Positions 1 to 13,341 of a stretch of 64,000 bases of DNA are shown piece after piece. The DNA is taken from the NCBI GenBank assembly GCA_013265495.1, contig MU058636.1:868001-932000 (forward strand), written 5' to 3'. Position 1 is the stretch's first letter. Every line of letters begins with the position of its first letter. Made by a program: the position numbers and the translations under genes. A model generated the notes under the pieces. It did no database searches, was not told the DNA's origin, and saw only the letters and a list, made by a program, of their open reading frames with translations. Origin of the DNA: Vicugna vicugna (Eukaryota).

Positions 1-769
1 GTCCCTTTTAGATATTGGCTTTCAGTTTCTGTGCATTTGTATATGATCTCTAGAGTCTCATAAGTTTGAGATGATATTCTAAAAGCAGAAATATGTAACT
101 TGAATTTAATCTTGCTTCTGAATAAAATAATCACTTTCAAGAGAATAATCATTGATATAAGTGACTTAATATGTAGTCCACTCATAGTCTTTGCTTTGCT
201 GAATTCGTTCCAGAGCCCTCATATATTGTTAATGTTACGTTGATATTGACTTGTTTTGGTGACAGTGTTCTTACAAAAAGGTGCTGAGGTCCTAAGTTCT
301 GAGACCTTGACGTGCTCACGTGGCGGTCATGTGTCTGGAAGGCACTGCGTAAGTCATTTCTGACTGATAAGGCTTAGCGTCAGGCTTCAGGAAAGGTTTT
401 CTCTTGTCATTGTTGCTGTTGTGTTTGTTGGTGGTGGGGTGGGAATGCTTTCTAACTGACGGACTATCAGGGCTGCTTGGGTTATTACATGGAGATAAAA
501 TAAGGAGATGAAAGATTTTAAATAAAAGAATACCCTTCTAGGAGATGAGAAAGGTTAATAAACCTATGAAAATATGTTCTATTCGGATGCTTCTGTCTGT
601 ATAAGCTCTTTATGACTTTGTGAAAAGTTTACAAAATTTTCATCAATTTTCCTTTATAATTTAAATACCTGAAAAAATAGATTCTGTGTCTCACAGAGTT
701 ACAGATCTTAATTCTGATCTGACATTTGGTGGTGATGAGTGTTGTTTTTTTTTACTAATGTTGCAATTA

Positions 770-1089
770 CAGTTGGCCCTTTGTATCCATGAATTCAACC
801 AACCACAGATAGGAAATATTTAGGGAAAAAAAATTTCCAGAAAGTTCCAAAAAGCGTAATTTGAATTTACCACACTCCAGCAACTATTTACGTAGCACTT
901 ACATTGTATGAGATATAAGTAATCTAAAGGCTTAAAGTATATGGGAGGATATGGGTAGGTTATATACGTAAATGCTATGCTATTTTATATAAGGGACTTG
1001 AGCACTGGGTGATTTGGGTACCACTTGGGGCCAGGTGGGGTGAGGGGTGGTCCTGGAACCAGTCCTTCTCGGATATTGAGGGGTGACTG
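770..1089 (-). mobile_element. MER2-like TcMar-Tigger non-autonomous DNA transposon
   Basis: Imperfect TIRs CAGTTGGCCCTTTGTATCC / GGATATTGAGGGGTGACTG, TA on both flanks (768-769, 1090-1091), internal similarity to recalled MER2. Confidence 0.8.
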
Positions 1090-1149
1090 TAGTTAGTTTT
1101 TTGAAAGAATTACAAGCTACAAATTTATTTTGAGTTCAGTTGTCTTGTG

Positions 1150-2128
1150 ATGTCAAAACACAGACAACTAGCAGAATGAGAGAAAATATTTGTAAATCAT
1201 ACATCTGATAAGGGGTTAATATCTAGACTACATAAAGGATTACAGCTCAGCAGCAACAAAAAAATCCAATTCAGAAATAGACAAAGGACTTGAGTAGACA
1301 TTTCTCCAAAGAAGATGCACAGGTGATCAATAAGCACATGAAAAGAGGCTTAACGTCCTTAGTCATTAGGGAATTGCAAATCAAAACCACAGCTTATGGT
1401 TTTGAGATACCACATCATACCGATTAGGATGTGGCTATTATAAAATTTTTTTAAAAAGGAAAATAAATGGTGGTGAAGGTGTGGAGACACTGGAGCCCTC
1501 ATGCATTGCTGATGGGAATGTGAACTGGTACAACTGCTGTGAAAACCAGTTTGGTGGTTCCTCCAAGACTTAAAGATAGCATTGTCACATGATCCAGCAA
1601 TTCCACTCCTAGGTACTTACCCAAAGAATTGAAAGCAGGAGCTCGGGTACCTGTACACCAATGTTCACAGCAGCCAAAATGTGGAATGGAAACGACCAGT
1701 GTCCATTAGCTGACGATGGGTGAACAACGTGTGGTTTATATGTGCAATAGAATGTATTCAGCCATTAAAAGGAAGGAGATTCTGACACAGGCCACGACGT
1801 GGATGAACCTTAAAGATGTTATGCTAAGTGAAATAAGCCAGACACAAAAGATGAATATTGTATGATCCTGCTTATTTGAGGTCCCTAGAAGAGGCAAATT
1901 CAGAGAGGCAGAAAGTAGAACAGTCCCAGGGGCTGAAGGGGAAAGGAAGATGGGGAGTTACTGTTTAATAACAGAGTCTCTGTTCAGGGTGGTGAAGAAG
2001 CTCTAAAATGGACAGCAGGGATGGTTGCGTGACATCGTGAATGTACTTACGCTGCTGAATGGTAGTGTTAAAAATGGTTAAAATGTCATTTTTATGTTGC
2101 ATATATTTTACCATAGTAAAATTTTTTT
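1150..2128 (+). mobile_element. L1 (L1MB-like) ORF2 end and 3' UTR
   Basis: L1 3' motifs: gagaaaatatttgtaaatcatacatctgataagggg, gatccagcaattccactcctagg, atgctaagtgaaataagccagacacaaaa. Confidence 0.9.
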
Positions 2129-2345
2129 GAAAAAACCAACTAAACAACAACAGTATGGATAGATTTACTCAGTTAAATCTTTCAGTATCTTCCCCACAGA
2201 TTTTTTTCTCATTTGTTACTTAAGCACCTGTCTGGGCACCTCAAATTAGATTTTTAGGATTAATTGCCGTTAGATTTGTATTGCCTTTGAATTACAAATG
2301 GTCTGGGGTTTGTAATGTTACTTTTATGGCAACAATTTTTAATGA

Positions 2346-2564
<219 letters not shown>

Positions 2565-3399
2565 TGAGATTTACAATTTTAAAATAAAAGTAACCTCCTA
2601 GAATGTGGTTGGTGAATTACCAAGGCTAGAGTATTGCTTTGTATTTTTACTTTTGATCTTACCACTTTGACCTTTGAAACATACTACAGAAAACAACAGA
2701 ATCTGAAGCATATAAACAGCTCTTAAATATTGTTTCTTAGCTGTAGATTTTTGATAATATTTGAAAAGGTAATAAATTTTGTTACAGAATTTAAAAGCAG
2801 CATATTTCCTTTTATTCTGTAGTGTCAAGGAATTTAGGATGGGAAGGAGGTCCCTCATGTAGGGAAATGAATCTGTTTGGAAAGGCAGTTGCGATCTGAC
2901 GGGTCCGTCTGTTACTTGTCACATGCCACAGATCTCATACTGGCTCCGGAGATATAGTTCCCTCATCTGTAAAATGTGATACTTTAACTGCTTCTTTTTT
3001 TTTTACAGGATTTTTCTGAAGAACAATTTTGTATTTGAAAAGCTTTATAAACTAAGTGTTCTATTCAAATACAGTAGGAAACTTATTAATCATTTATTGG
3101 GTATTATTCACAATTGATTTTTTTTTTCACAATTGATTTTCAGTATTCTAGTGTATTGTTTTCATCAGCAGAAATTCAGTATTGTACTTACTTGAATTCA
3201 GCACATTCTTACATAGGAAGAATTCCTTACGGAAGAGAGCTCTACTGCAAAATGAGATTGGCATGAAAATAGAGTCTGTTTTGGCTTCTATTTTGTGTGT
3301 GTCCAACCTATGATAAGACTATTTTTAGATACCAGACCCAATTAAATAGTTGAAGGTTCTGAAAGTCAAGAAATTATGTTTATTAGTTTAGCTAATATA

Positions 3400-4700
3400 A
3401 TGAAAAAAATGATTCTGTATTGATAAACATTATTATAAACTGAGGATTTCAATTCATCTTGTCTAAATAGGTGAAATGCAAACAGCTGACTCAGTATTGT
3501 GCGTTTATTCAGCAGATTGCTTTTAAAATGGGATTTACAGAGTCTTAAGTGACTATAAAATTTACTCCTTTATTAAATATGTTGCATTTTTTAAAAACCT
3601 GAAATGCCATCTTAGGGATAAGACTTTATGATATATATATATAATGAAAATCTACAGCCAAAATAATTTTGAAACATACTCACAAAACTTATTTCCTGAC
3701 CAGTCTTGTGCGAAGAACATGTTAACACACATTACAATTTAAAACACAAAACAAATAAAACCCAGAATTACATCAAATTAATTCATTAACAACCATGTTA
3801 CTACTGTGAACTCTATTTTTTTCTGATATTTAATAAATAATGTCTTTAATATTTCACTGTGTTTTGCATAACTGATCTGTTACAAAATTAGCATGGCTGT
3901 GTATTTATTGGGATAAATAAGAGAAAACACATACTGATATGCAAGGGATTGTAATAACCTGGCTCAGTTTCAAAATGTTCAACGTAATTAAAATTTTTTA
4001 TTCAGCCGTAGTTTGTAAATGCAAATACAAAATTTTGAAATAAAATCAGCACAAATTCCAGTAAAACTGTTTAAAGGTAAAGTCACCTTCTGAAAATAGT
4101 AATAGTTTCAAGCTCTTGCTATTTTCCAGAATTAGCCTTATTCACATAATTTGAACTTTAACAGATTTCAGAAATTGACACTTATTTGAGTTTCATATGT
4201 TTGTAGATTTATAAAAAATATTTTCACACTGTAGATTCCTATTTTCCATGACTAAATATGATTTGAATAAAATTTTATAAGTTATCTGGAAATAATTGTT
4301 TTCAAGCAGAAAATAGACACATGAAATTTTCTCTGTTTTGCAAAACTATTGTCCAAGGTCCATGCTGGTTGTAAATACTTCTTTTTATGTTGGCTTCTGT
4401 TCTTTTGAAAAAATCTAATCAAATCAAATCAGGATTCTGTTAACAGAAATTTACTAAATCAGGGTAGCCAGTATTGAATGGAACACTCATCATACTCAAA
4501 TCTAACATAAAATCAAATTATAGAATCCAAGTCTATGAGAAGATTTGCAGGCTGGTTTATCATCTTCTTATTAATACTCCTTTAAGCCAAATAAGTATTT
4601 TTAATGCTCATTTTAATAAAAACCAAGTGGTAATTCAGTTTGCCAAAATGTACTTTATCCATTTTATTTCCTTATTTTAATTGGAATATTCAGATGAATT
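3400..4700 (-). mobile_element. Possible degenerate hAT transposase relic
   Basis: Very AT-rich; minus strand has weak remnants resembling RWL- and CERVFS-type motifs; no intact frame. Confidence 0.25.
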
Positions 4701-6321
4701 AGCTGGCGTAAGGCAGCAGAGGGTGACAGAAACAGTTGCAGAAAAAGAGTCATTTTCAAAAGTCACTGAGGTATTGGTGACATGTTACGGTGTACACATT
4801 GCATATTTGTTGTGCAGCCCTGAGATAGAAATGAAGGTAAGAAATTCCTCCACTGTAATTTATAGCTGTAAAATACTAGTAAACACTGATTTGTGGTATC
4901 CTAGTGGAAATGTTGACTGAGGAAATGTGTTCCACATCAGTTGGTTATCCCAGCTCCCCTGTGAATGTGTTCCTTCCATTCTTACTCTGGCAGGTTTTAT
5001 TTTATTTTATTTTTAAAATATATTTTAATCTATTTTTTTTAAGCTCTTGAGAGCTCTGATTCTTCTGAAGGTGAACAGACTTGACGGCCATGTCATGTCT
5101 TAGGATAGGTGACAGGACATTCTAGATTATTAAGAGTTGTTGTAGCTCTGTTTTGTTTGCCTGCTTTTCAATACTTCGGGAAAAAAAACTGAGAAGAAAA
5201 TTAGAATAATGTAATGCTGTTAATAAAGTATAGATTAATCATGCTATACACGTGCTGATCGATACTCTTACCTCCCCGCCAGGGGCTCTTTGCTCTGTAT
5301 TTTTTCTTTGGAAAGTAAAACTCCTTTACTCACTAATCATAGTTACTGCTTATCCAATTTCTACCTCTATATCATAAGAAAATAGAAATGGAAAGATTAA
5401 CCTATAATATTAAATGTCTCATTCCTGTTTTCCTGTTTTAATTATTGTTACTAAGTGCAAGAATGCGCCTAATATTCACTCACAAACACTGGCCAAGTGT
5501 CTGCTGTTGTGCATATTAGATGCCGGGAGTATGCACAGTGGTGCGTACAGCAGAGTTGACTGCAGCTGACTTCTAGATTTTCTTGCAGTTTAAGAGTGCT
5601 TTAATTAAAATGAAGAAACCTGTCGAGAGAGTTTGAAACATTGGATCTTGTTTCTGTTGAGGTACATTAATTTATGAAATGATTTTTCTGTTCATTCAGT
5701 GGTATTGTATTTACTGGGTGTCCCCCAACATTATACCTAGAAAGCTTTGATGGATGTTACAAGGCTGTTTTTTAAAAATTTTTTTTCATCTGAATCGTTC
5801 ATATTTCTGAATATTTCCAGTATGAACTGGTCATTTATCTTTTAATTTTTTGTTCTTGTGTGTACTTAATTAAAATACTTCCCCATTTCTTTCCTTATAA
5901 CCCATATATTATAAATAGGTACTACATCTATGCTATGTCAACCAACCAGTTCTCTTGAAAATTGTTCTATTTTTTTCTTTTCATTTAATCACTACAGAAT
6001 AAAAAGTATTCTGTTCTTGAAAATTTTTATCAGATAAACAGGGGTCAAGTAACTCAGAGTAATTTTTTGTTATATTTTAAAAATAAAACTACATTATTTC
6101 CTACTTTTCTGTTGTAATCATTTATTTTCTGACAACCTATCATATGCTTAGGAAATGACATTTTAGCTCTAGTTATTTGAAAATTCTAAAGTTATTTATG
6201 TTATCCAGCAGAATGTGAAATTTTATTTTCAATACTTTTGGAAACCCCTGAGTGTTTCTTTTTCTGTTAGGAAAACATGATGTATCAGACTCTTTCCTTT
6301 TCTTTTTTAAGCGTCTGGTGA

Positions 6322-6486
<165 letters not shown>

Positions 6487-8082
6487 TAAAATGCAGTTAG
6501 GCTTAAGCTCGAAAGATGCACTTATGGTTGGGTGATTTCCGAGTTGTCTCTAGGTATCAGTGCCGTCCAGGCCTGCAGACCTGGTAGAGGAAGTGGGAAT
6601 GCCACAGTCTCGAAGCATAGCCAGCCTGTGCTTCTGTGTAGCGCATCCTGCTTCCCTGACAGACACTAGCTGCTGTTTACTGAAGAGGTGAAAGAGGGCG
6701 TATTTGTTTTGCTAAGCCTTTTTTAATTTTAAGTCTGTAAATAAGGCGTCGGCTTGCTTTACATTGATTATTAGATGCCAGGCAAACACTGGAAGTTGAT
6801 ATATTTATGAATAACTTGAAAATAAACCCTTTGGAGCCTACTGAGTTGTATATTAGAAAAAGGGATGTTTATTCAATCTGCTTATTTTTTGAACCTTACT
6901 ATATTAGTAGCAGTCTCTCAATGAATAGTCTTTATTAATCATCATTAAATATGTTTTTGAGAAGCCTTGTCATGTTAAAGAGTATTAAACTTTTAAGAAT
7001 TTAGAAACTTCAGAAATTGACTTTCTTATTTTTGTATTACAGGGTAGAATAGTTTGTGCCCTTTTTTCTTTAACCCATATAGCATTAGATTGTTGATTAA
7101 GTTGTGCTTTGTTCATTTAATCTTCATAGATCTAAATTATTTAAATCTCAGATTCTCCCTTCCCCCTTTCGTATTGCGTAATTACATTGTGCTTTTTTTT
7201 GTTCTTTGTAAAGGTAGTAATTCTAGCAAGGTTTGTAACAGTGCCTTCATTTCAAACAATTATACACACAGTGCTGGAAGTGATGCTCCGGTCTCTAATC
7301 ACATGAGCACACAGGAGAGAACGGCTGGCTTTGAGGTGGAGCCGCTCGGCCCCGCACTCAGATATTCTTTCCAAGCTGCTCTGTATTCAGTGCATTCAGT
7401 CTGGCCTTCGATCAGGTGTTTTAATGTCATAGTCTCTGGTTCTTTGATCTATCTTCAGTAAACCTCCTTGAAATACATTTAATGGTAGTTGTTTTATCTC
7501 CAATTCTCACACCTAGAAAGCATTTAGAATAGGACCAATAACACATCAGAAATTTGGCTGAAAGAACTTTTTTTATGCAAACTTTTATTTTAATAGAATT
7601 TTATTTATAAACAGTGAATTTACAGAACCGAAATAAGATAAATCCTTTTACCCTTTATGAAGCAAAATATAAATTTCAGGTTTTAGGAGGAGAGTTAACT
7701 TAGGGAAAAACTGTTACTACTGACCTTTTTTAATGATCTCTGAAAGAGTAAAGTGTGGCTAAAGGGCATATCCCCCCCCATGGATTTAATTATGCTAAGA
7801 TAACACTACATTTTCTTTTTAATGTAAATATTTTTCATCACTAAAATGTATATGTTTATTGGTTGAGTACAAACTGATTTTTAAGCCAAGATTTAATTTT
7901 TACATTAATGTCATAATATACTTTTACCACTTAATGTTAGTATTAACTGCAGTAGTGAAAATAATTACAAAGTCTGATTTCTTTTCTGTCTCTTTGGGGA
8001 GCGCTCTTTCTATTGATACAGCTTAAACAGGTTGTCTTCGGCACAGGGGCAGTGTAGAGCGGGTCATTTCAGAGGCCTCTGG

Positions 8083-8305
8083 TCATGGTGCCTAGAGCTG
8101 GGGGCAGTGGAGCAGTGTACCTAGGTGCAGGCAACAAAAGGCTGCCTGTCGGTCGCTGATTTAAAAATGATAATGAAACAGACTGAAAACAGTTGCTTTG
8201 TATTGTCACGGTACGCTGGCAATTCTGAACAGTATCGGTGATAAAATATTCCTGTCCACTGAGGCAAACCAGCTCTACTCCTCTCCCCTCCTCGGTGTGC
8301 CACTG
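8083..8305 (+). mobile_element. MER97-like hAT-Tip100 non-autonomous element (short form)
   Basis: tttaaaaatgataatgaaacagactgaaa...ggcaattctgaacagtatcggtgataaaatattcct and terminal gtgtgccactg match recalled MER97. Confidence 0.65.
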
Positions 8306-9576
8306 CAGGCTGCTCAGAAGTCTGTTCATTCGAGGTATTTCCCATACTGTAATACATTGCTTGTCTCCTGCTACCACCTTGATTTTCCTATTTGAAGTGA
8401 GATGTCCTGTATTGTCTGTACATGACTTCTAGGCACTCTTTCCAAAGACCAAACCCTTCTGTGCACTGCAGGGACACAGAGGCCCACAGAACCACTGTCT
8501 CATTAAAATGGTAACCTCTGCCCCTAATCTGGCTCTGACTGGTCCAGGTGCCTGCCGCTTGAACTGGTCTTCAGTTCTTGAAAGAAAGATTCATTATCAT
8601 AGTTTTTCATTTATATGCTCACCTTCCTGCCAACTGAAAATTAAATTTTAGAGTTTGATATTTTATAGTTTTTCAACTCTAGCTACATAAGCTATTAATA
8701 TACGTAGTAGTAAGGTCTTTACTCTGAAGGACATCCTTTAGAAGCTATATAACGTGACTTTTTTAAACCCCTTCTCAAATATTTATTATTTGCAGATGAA
8801 ATATTTACCCTGTAAGAACAAATATAATTCCTCATTAATTATATTCTTTGCTCCTTGTCAATCAGTTTTAGATGATATTAGGCGATACTGACCTTAACAG
8901 ATCTGTGCAGATTTCTAGTGTTATGAATTGCATTAACTGGTTAAGTGGCTGACTTTCCACAAGAAACTTCATGCTAAGGTGGATAGTTGGCACAGATACC
9001 CTAAAAACACCATTTTGATAATAGTTCAGAATGTTATTGAAGCTTTTGCATAATAAAATTGGATTTATTATTAATAGAAATACTGGTTTGACATGATTGG
9101 GTTATGAAGGTCTTTTCTTTGATATGTATGGTTGAACTTTACCATTTAATAATCCTATTTAGTAAAGATTAACTTTGTCACTGTTATTCACTGTGTAGTA
9201 GCCGATCAGTAACCGGGGCCATCATCCTTGGTGGGAAATAAAGATTTAATAATTCTGAAACTCTGAAGGTGGTAATAAGTACACATGTGGATGTTCTAAG
9301 AAAAAGGGGTCTGGAAAGGAAAAACTTGCAGTGTTTATTTTGTGAGATAACTTATGAATCCAAACCAAGCTTTCTGGTTTTAGAGCATTAAAATATTTAT
9401 TTATGAGTTGGTCTTCTGTTTGCTGTAGGTAGAGATGAATAAAAACAAAGCCGTGTGTAAGTTAGCTTTGTTCTTTCCTTTGGCTAATTCCTTCCGCCTT
9501 TCTTTTATTTGCCTCTTCTTGAGAAAGGAAAACAGTGTGGCTAAGAGTCTGTAGTCCTGGTTCTGGCATTACTGTC

Positions 9577-9926
9577 CATATTAACCAGGGTTCTCCAGAG
9601 AAACAGAATGTGTACATATATATAGAGAGAGATTTCTTTTAAGGAATTCCCTCAGGCAGTTGTGGAGTCTTGCTATGTCCAGAATCTGCAGGGTAGGTTG
9701 GCAGAATTCCTTCTTGCTCAGGGAGTTGAGTCTCTGTTTTATTAAGACCTTCACCTGCTCGGATGAGGCCCACCCAAGTTATGGAGAGTAATCTGCTTTA
9801 CTCAAACTCCACCAATTAAAATGTAATCTCATCCAGAAACACCTTGTTAGAAACATCCAGAATGATGTTTGACCAAATACCTAGGCACTATGGTTAAGCC
9901 AAGTTGACGCATGAAAAAACCATCCT
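9577..9926 (-). mobile_element. MLT2-like ERV-L solo LTR
   Basis: cagggttctccagagaaacagaa ... ggatgaggcccaccca ... aatctgctttactcaaa ... gccaagttgac are typical of reverse-oriented MLT2. Confidence 0.8.
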
Positions 9927-11609
9927 ATATAAGTGGGTTAACCAAGGCACAAGTCTAAGTAATGTGGGACAAGGTGTTTCAGGGGCCCATCCTGCTGCCC
10001 CCACCCAGTACCTGCTTATATAAAATAGAACTGTTGGGTTGAGCAACAATAAGATTTTTTAGCCTGGATTCCATAAAGAGGAACCAAGGGTGAAATATTA
10101 TGAAAGTTTCAAATAAAGATTTGTTTAAGTGATTCAAAATAAGGAAGGATTTGAAGTCTTTTAGTCTAATTGGATTGAGTTTGGTGGTTTTTCTGAGCCC
10201 AGTCAAATAAAAAAAACATGAAGCACCAAAATCATATTGAGTACTTTTTGCATAGAAGCCAAGGTTTGATTCAGCAGTGGTGACTGAGCTCTTTCCTCTG
10301 AGAGATGGTCTTCCCGGATGGAGTTAAAGCAGATCGACGGGGGCATGAGAAGTTCTCACCATCAGGGCCTCTGCGTGACCTTTTTGAAGACATGCAGCCA
10401 GTTCACTCTCTATCTGGCCTCTTTCCATAGAACTTACTAGTTTTTATAAAACTTTCTAAATTTAGGAATGATTTTCTTGTGCAGTAGTGAAATCTCCAAC
10501 TCAGCTAATTTTTCTTTTACTAGGAAAAATTCAACGATAGATTAAAAATTTGGAAAGCGGTGTCAAGCATATACATATGCATGCTGGTGTTAGTGACCTG
10601 AAGACTGACGGCGCTGCTGCAGTTGTTTTTTCCGTCTCACTCTTTATCCTTGTTTTCCAGCCAACCCAGAGGTTGTCCTGCCTGCTTGAATCCCCTCCTC
10701 CCTTCATCTCCAGCATCTGAAAATCTGTTTATCCTTTAAAGCTCTGTTCCTGCTACCTCATCAATAGAGGGCCACCCCCGCCACCATCACACTAGCTGGA
10801 AGTGAGAATGTTTACATCTAAAATGCCATTGCGGTTACTTTGAACTACCCATGGGGCACTTACTGGTTTTGGTAATTGTGTGTCCTCTGTTCAACGATAA
10901 GTTCCTAAGGACAAAGACTTCGGTTTATTATGTGTTTGTATCCTTCCCAGTGCCTAGCAAAATACACACTGTGTGTAAACAGTATTGCTTATCTTTGTTG
11001 AATGCGTGAACTACCCCTTTTTAACAGAAACAAAGTGGCCTCCAAGGTTATTCTCCGTAGGTTGTCTCTGGAACTGCCTGATGCCTCTCCATCTGTCCAG
11101 AAACGGTCTCTGCTGCACTGCTGCTTTTTGCTCCCTCTTACCCCTGCCACGGTGTAGTGCAGTGGGTCAGCAGAGAGGAAAGTCTCTGTTCGTACTACGT
11201 TGTGAGTCCTTTCAGCAGCCTTCCTCTTTCCACCTGAAAGAACGTAGCCCCTATCAGTCAGTTCAAAGACCATTCAGCTACTGATACTGGTCTGTTGGTC
11301 TCTCCCATCGCACTCTTCCTCTACACAGGGTTTTTGTTCCACCCAGTGAGACCTGTTTCCTGGCCCTTTGCTACTTTGTTCTGATATTGTTCTCTTTGTG
11401 TCATTTATTTTTTCCAATTTTTTCCCTTTAATCTCAGGGGTAGAACAGTTCCATCATAGTTCATTTACATCCTTCCCTTTTTTTCAAGAACATCTTAAAG
11501 TTCTGTGTGAATTATTCTTTAATTGTAGGTAAGGAGTCATACCTCCCTTCTCCTAAACATCCCAGCTCTTCTGCACTTGCAACTCTCGTATTTCGCTTTT
11601 AAAAAATTT

Positions 11610-11751
11610 TTAATATATTTTTGTGGAGGGAGGTCATGAGGTCTATTTATTTACTTATTAGTTTGTTTTTTTAATGGAGGTGCTGGGGATTGAATGCAGG
11701 ACTTTGTGCATGCTAAGTGAGCACTCTACCATTTGAGCTGTACTCGCCCCC
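11610..11751 (-). mobile_element. Vic-1-like tRNA-derived SINE
   Basis: Reverse complement of the agctca...ggtagagtgc...cttagcatgcacaaagtcctg...ttcaatccccagcacctcc head plus an A-rich tail. Confidence 0.85.
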
Positions 11752-13089
11752 CTGTATTTCACGAATACTACATTTAACTGACTAGATCAATTTAACTGAC
11801 TGATCTCTGACTAATCATAATGTAAATATTTTAATTTCTTATTAATAGTTCATTTAAAATTTTCTGGTGAACTCAATGGTGGCTGAATTTTATGCTTTTT
11901 GTTGAAAATATTCATGCAGCCGTATCAGACGTACCACAGAAATGATTTACACTTAAATCAGTCTTGTATTTAAGTAAGTGTTAAAGACCTGGGCTTTTGA
12001 CATATTAACTAAGGAGCTTAGTAGAATAGTTATGACTGGCCTATTTGCCATCAATTTTCATTCAGTATATATTAAGTTCTCCTATGGTCATTAATGTGTT
12101 CCACTTAAAAAAACTATATCCGGAATTAATTTTAATTATTCCCTTGATGGTTTTATCATAGTGGGAGTTAACTTGGAATTGCTGGGCACGTGGGGTTGTC
12201 TTTTCATCCTCCTGCACTAAGTGGGACATGATACTGAGTGAGATACACTATGATACAACTGTTCATCATGGTTTTCTCTTTTTTCATGTAAGCTGAATTA
12301 CAAGGCTATATATGAAATTTGGAGTGTTTGGTGTATTGCAGCTGTCTCCTCGTTGGTCACTGCTGTCCTAAACCGATTCAAAATAGGTTTTTAGGTTTTT
12401 TGTTTTGTTTTTGTTTGTTCGTTTGTCATGGTAAGATGTCCTAGAAAATAAGTCTGCAGAGATTTCCTTTGGGAGTGTCCCGGTGGGGATGCACTCCTGT
12501 GAGTGTACGTGATGTGCAAGAGGCCAGTGGGCTGTTGCGTAAACATGTTTAAGAGATGCTGGAGCTATATCAAAGCTTTGATCTGACTTATTAAAAAAAA
12601 TCTGATAGTGCTGCTGCTGCTGCACAGTTTATTTTAATTATACTGGGTAACTTGGATTCACTTGATGGGGTTTCAGCTGTGTTTGGTGAAGGATAAGTTG
12701 GTTTCCTAGCAACTGTTCAGTAAGATCAAAATCTCGGAGTGAGCCATTGACTCAAAGTCAGTTTCATAGGGCCTCCTTTATGAAGACACCTTATTATGTG
12801 TTGATTGTAATATGATGAATTATTGGGATATTTTTGGATCTGATTGTTTTTATTCGAGTGAAAGATTGCCTGGTTTATTAGTTTTGCTTACTAATAGTAA
12901 CATTTGTTCATGATGAAATGATCAGTTGATTTGTTTGGTTTTTTAAGATGCATTTTCTTATTAATTGCTGAACTCTGTACTACTAAGTGGAAAGACTGAG
13001 AAGCAAGGGAGGTTAAGTGGCTTGATTCTGGTTACTTGGAGAACTGTTTCAAAGCTAGGTCACTGAATTTAGGGATTTTTCCTCTAAGT

Positions 13090-13341
13090 CAGTGATTTTT
13101 AAATAGCAGGTTGAAAGCCATAAGTGAGTTGGGAAATCACATAGTACAACCATCCTTTTTATTTTTTTAATGGAATAGAATAGAATGTATAAAACATCAG
13201 AGTGTATCATATATATTGAGGGAAATTACTGCTTCATGAAGCTTTTGTTTGAGTTATATATGTGTATATGTGAGTATGATCATATAATATTAAATAATTT
13301 TCTTCCTGTGGGTTGTATTCAAAAAGGTTTGCAAGCTGCTG
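13090..13341. mobile_element. Probable hAT-Charlie-type non-autonomous element
   Basis: cagtgatttttaaa ... tttgcaagctgctg degenerate termini around an AT-rich core; subfamily not assigned. Confidence 0.4.
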
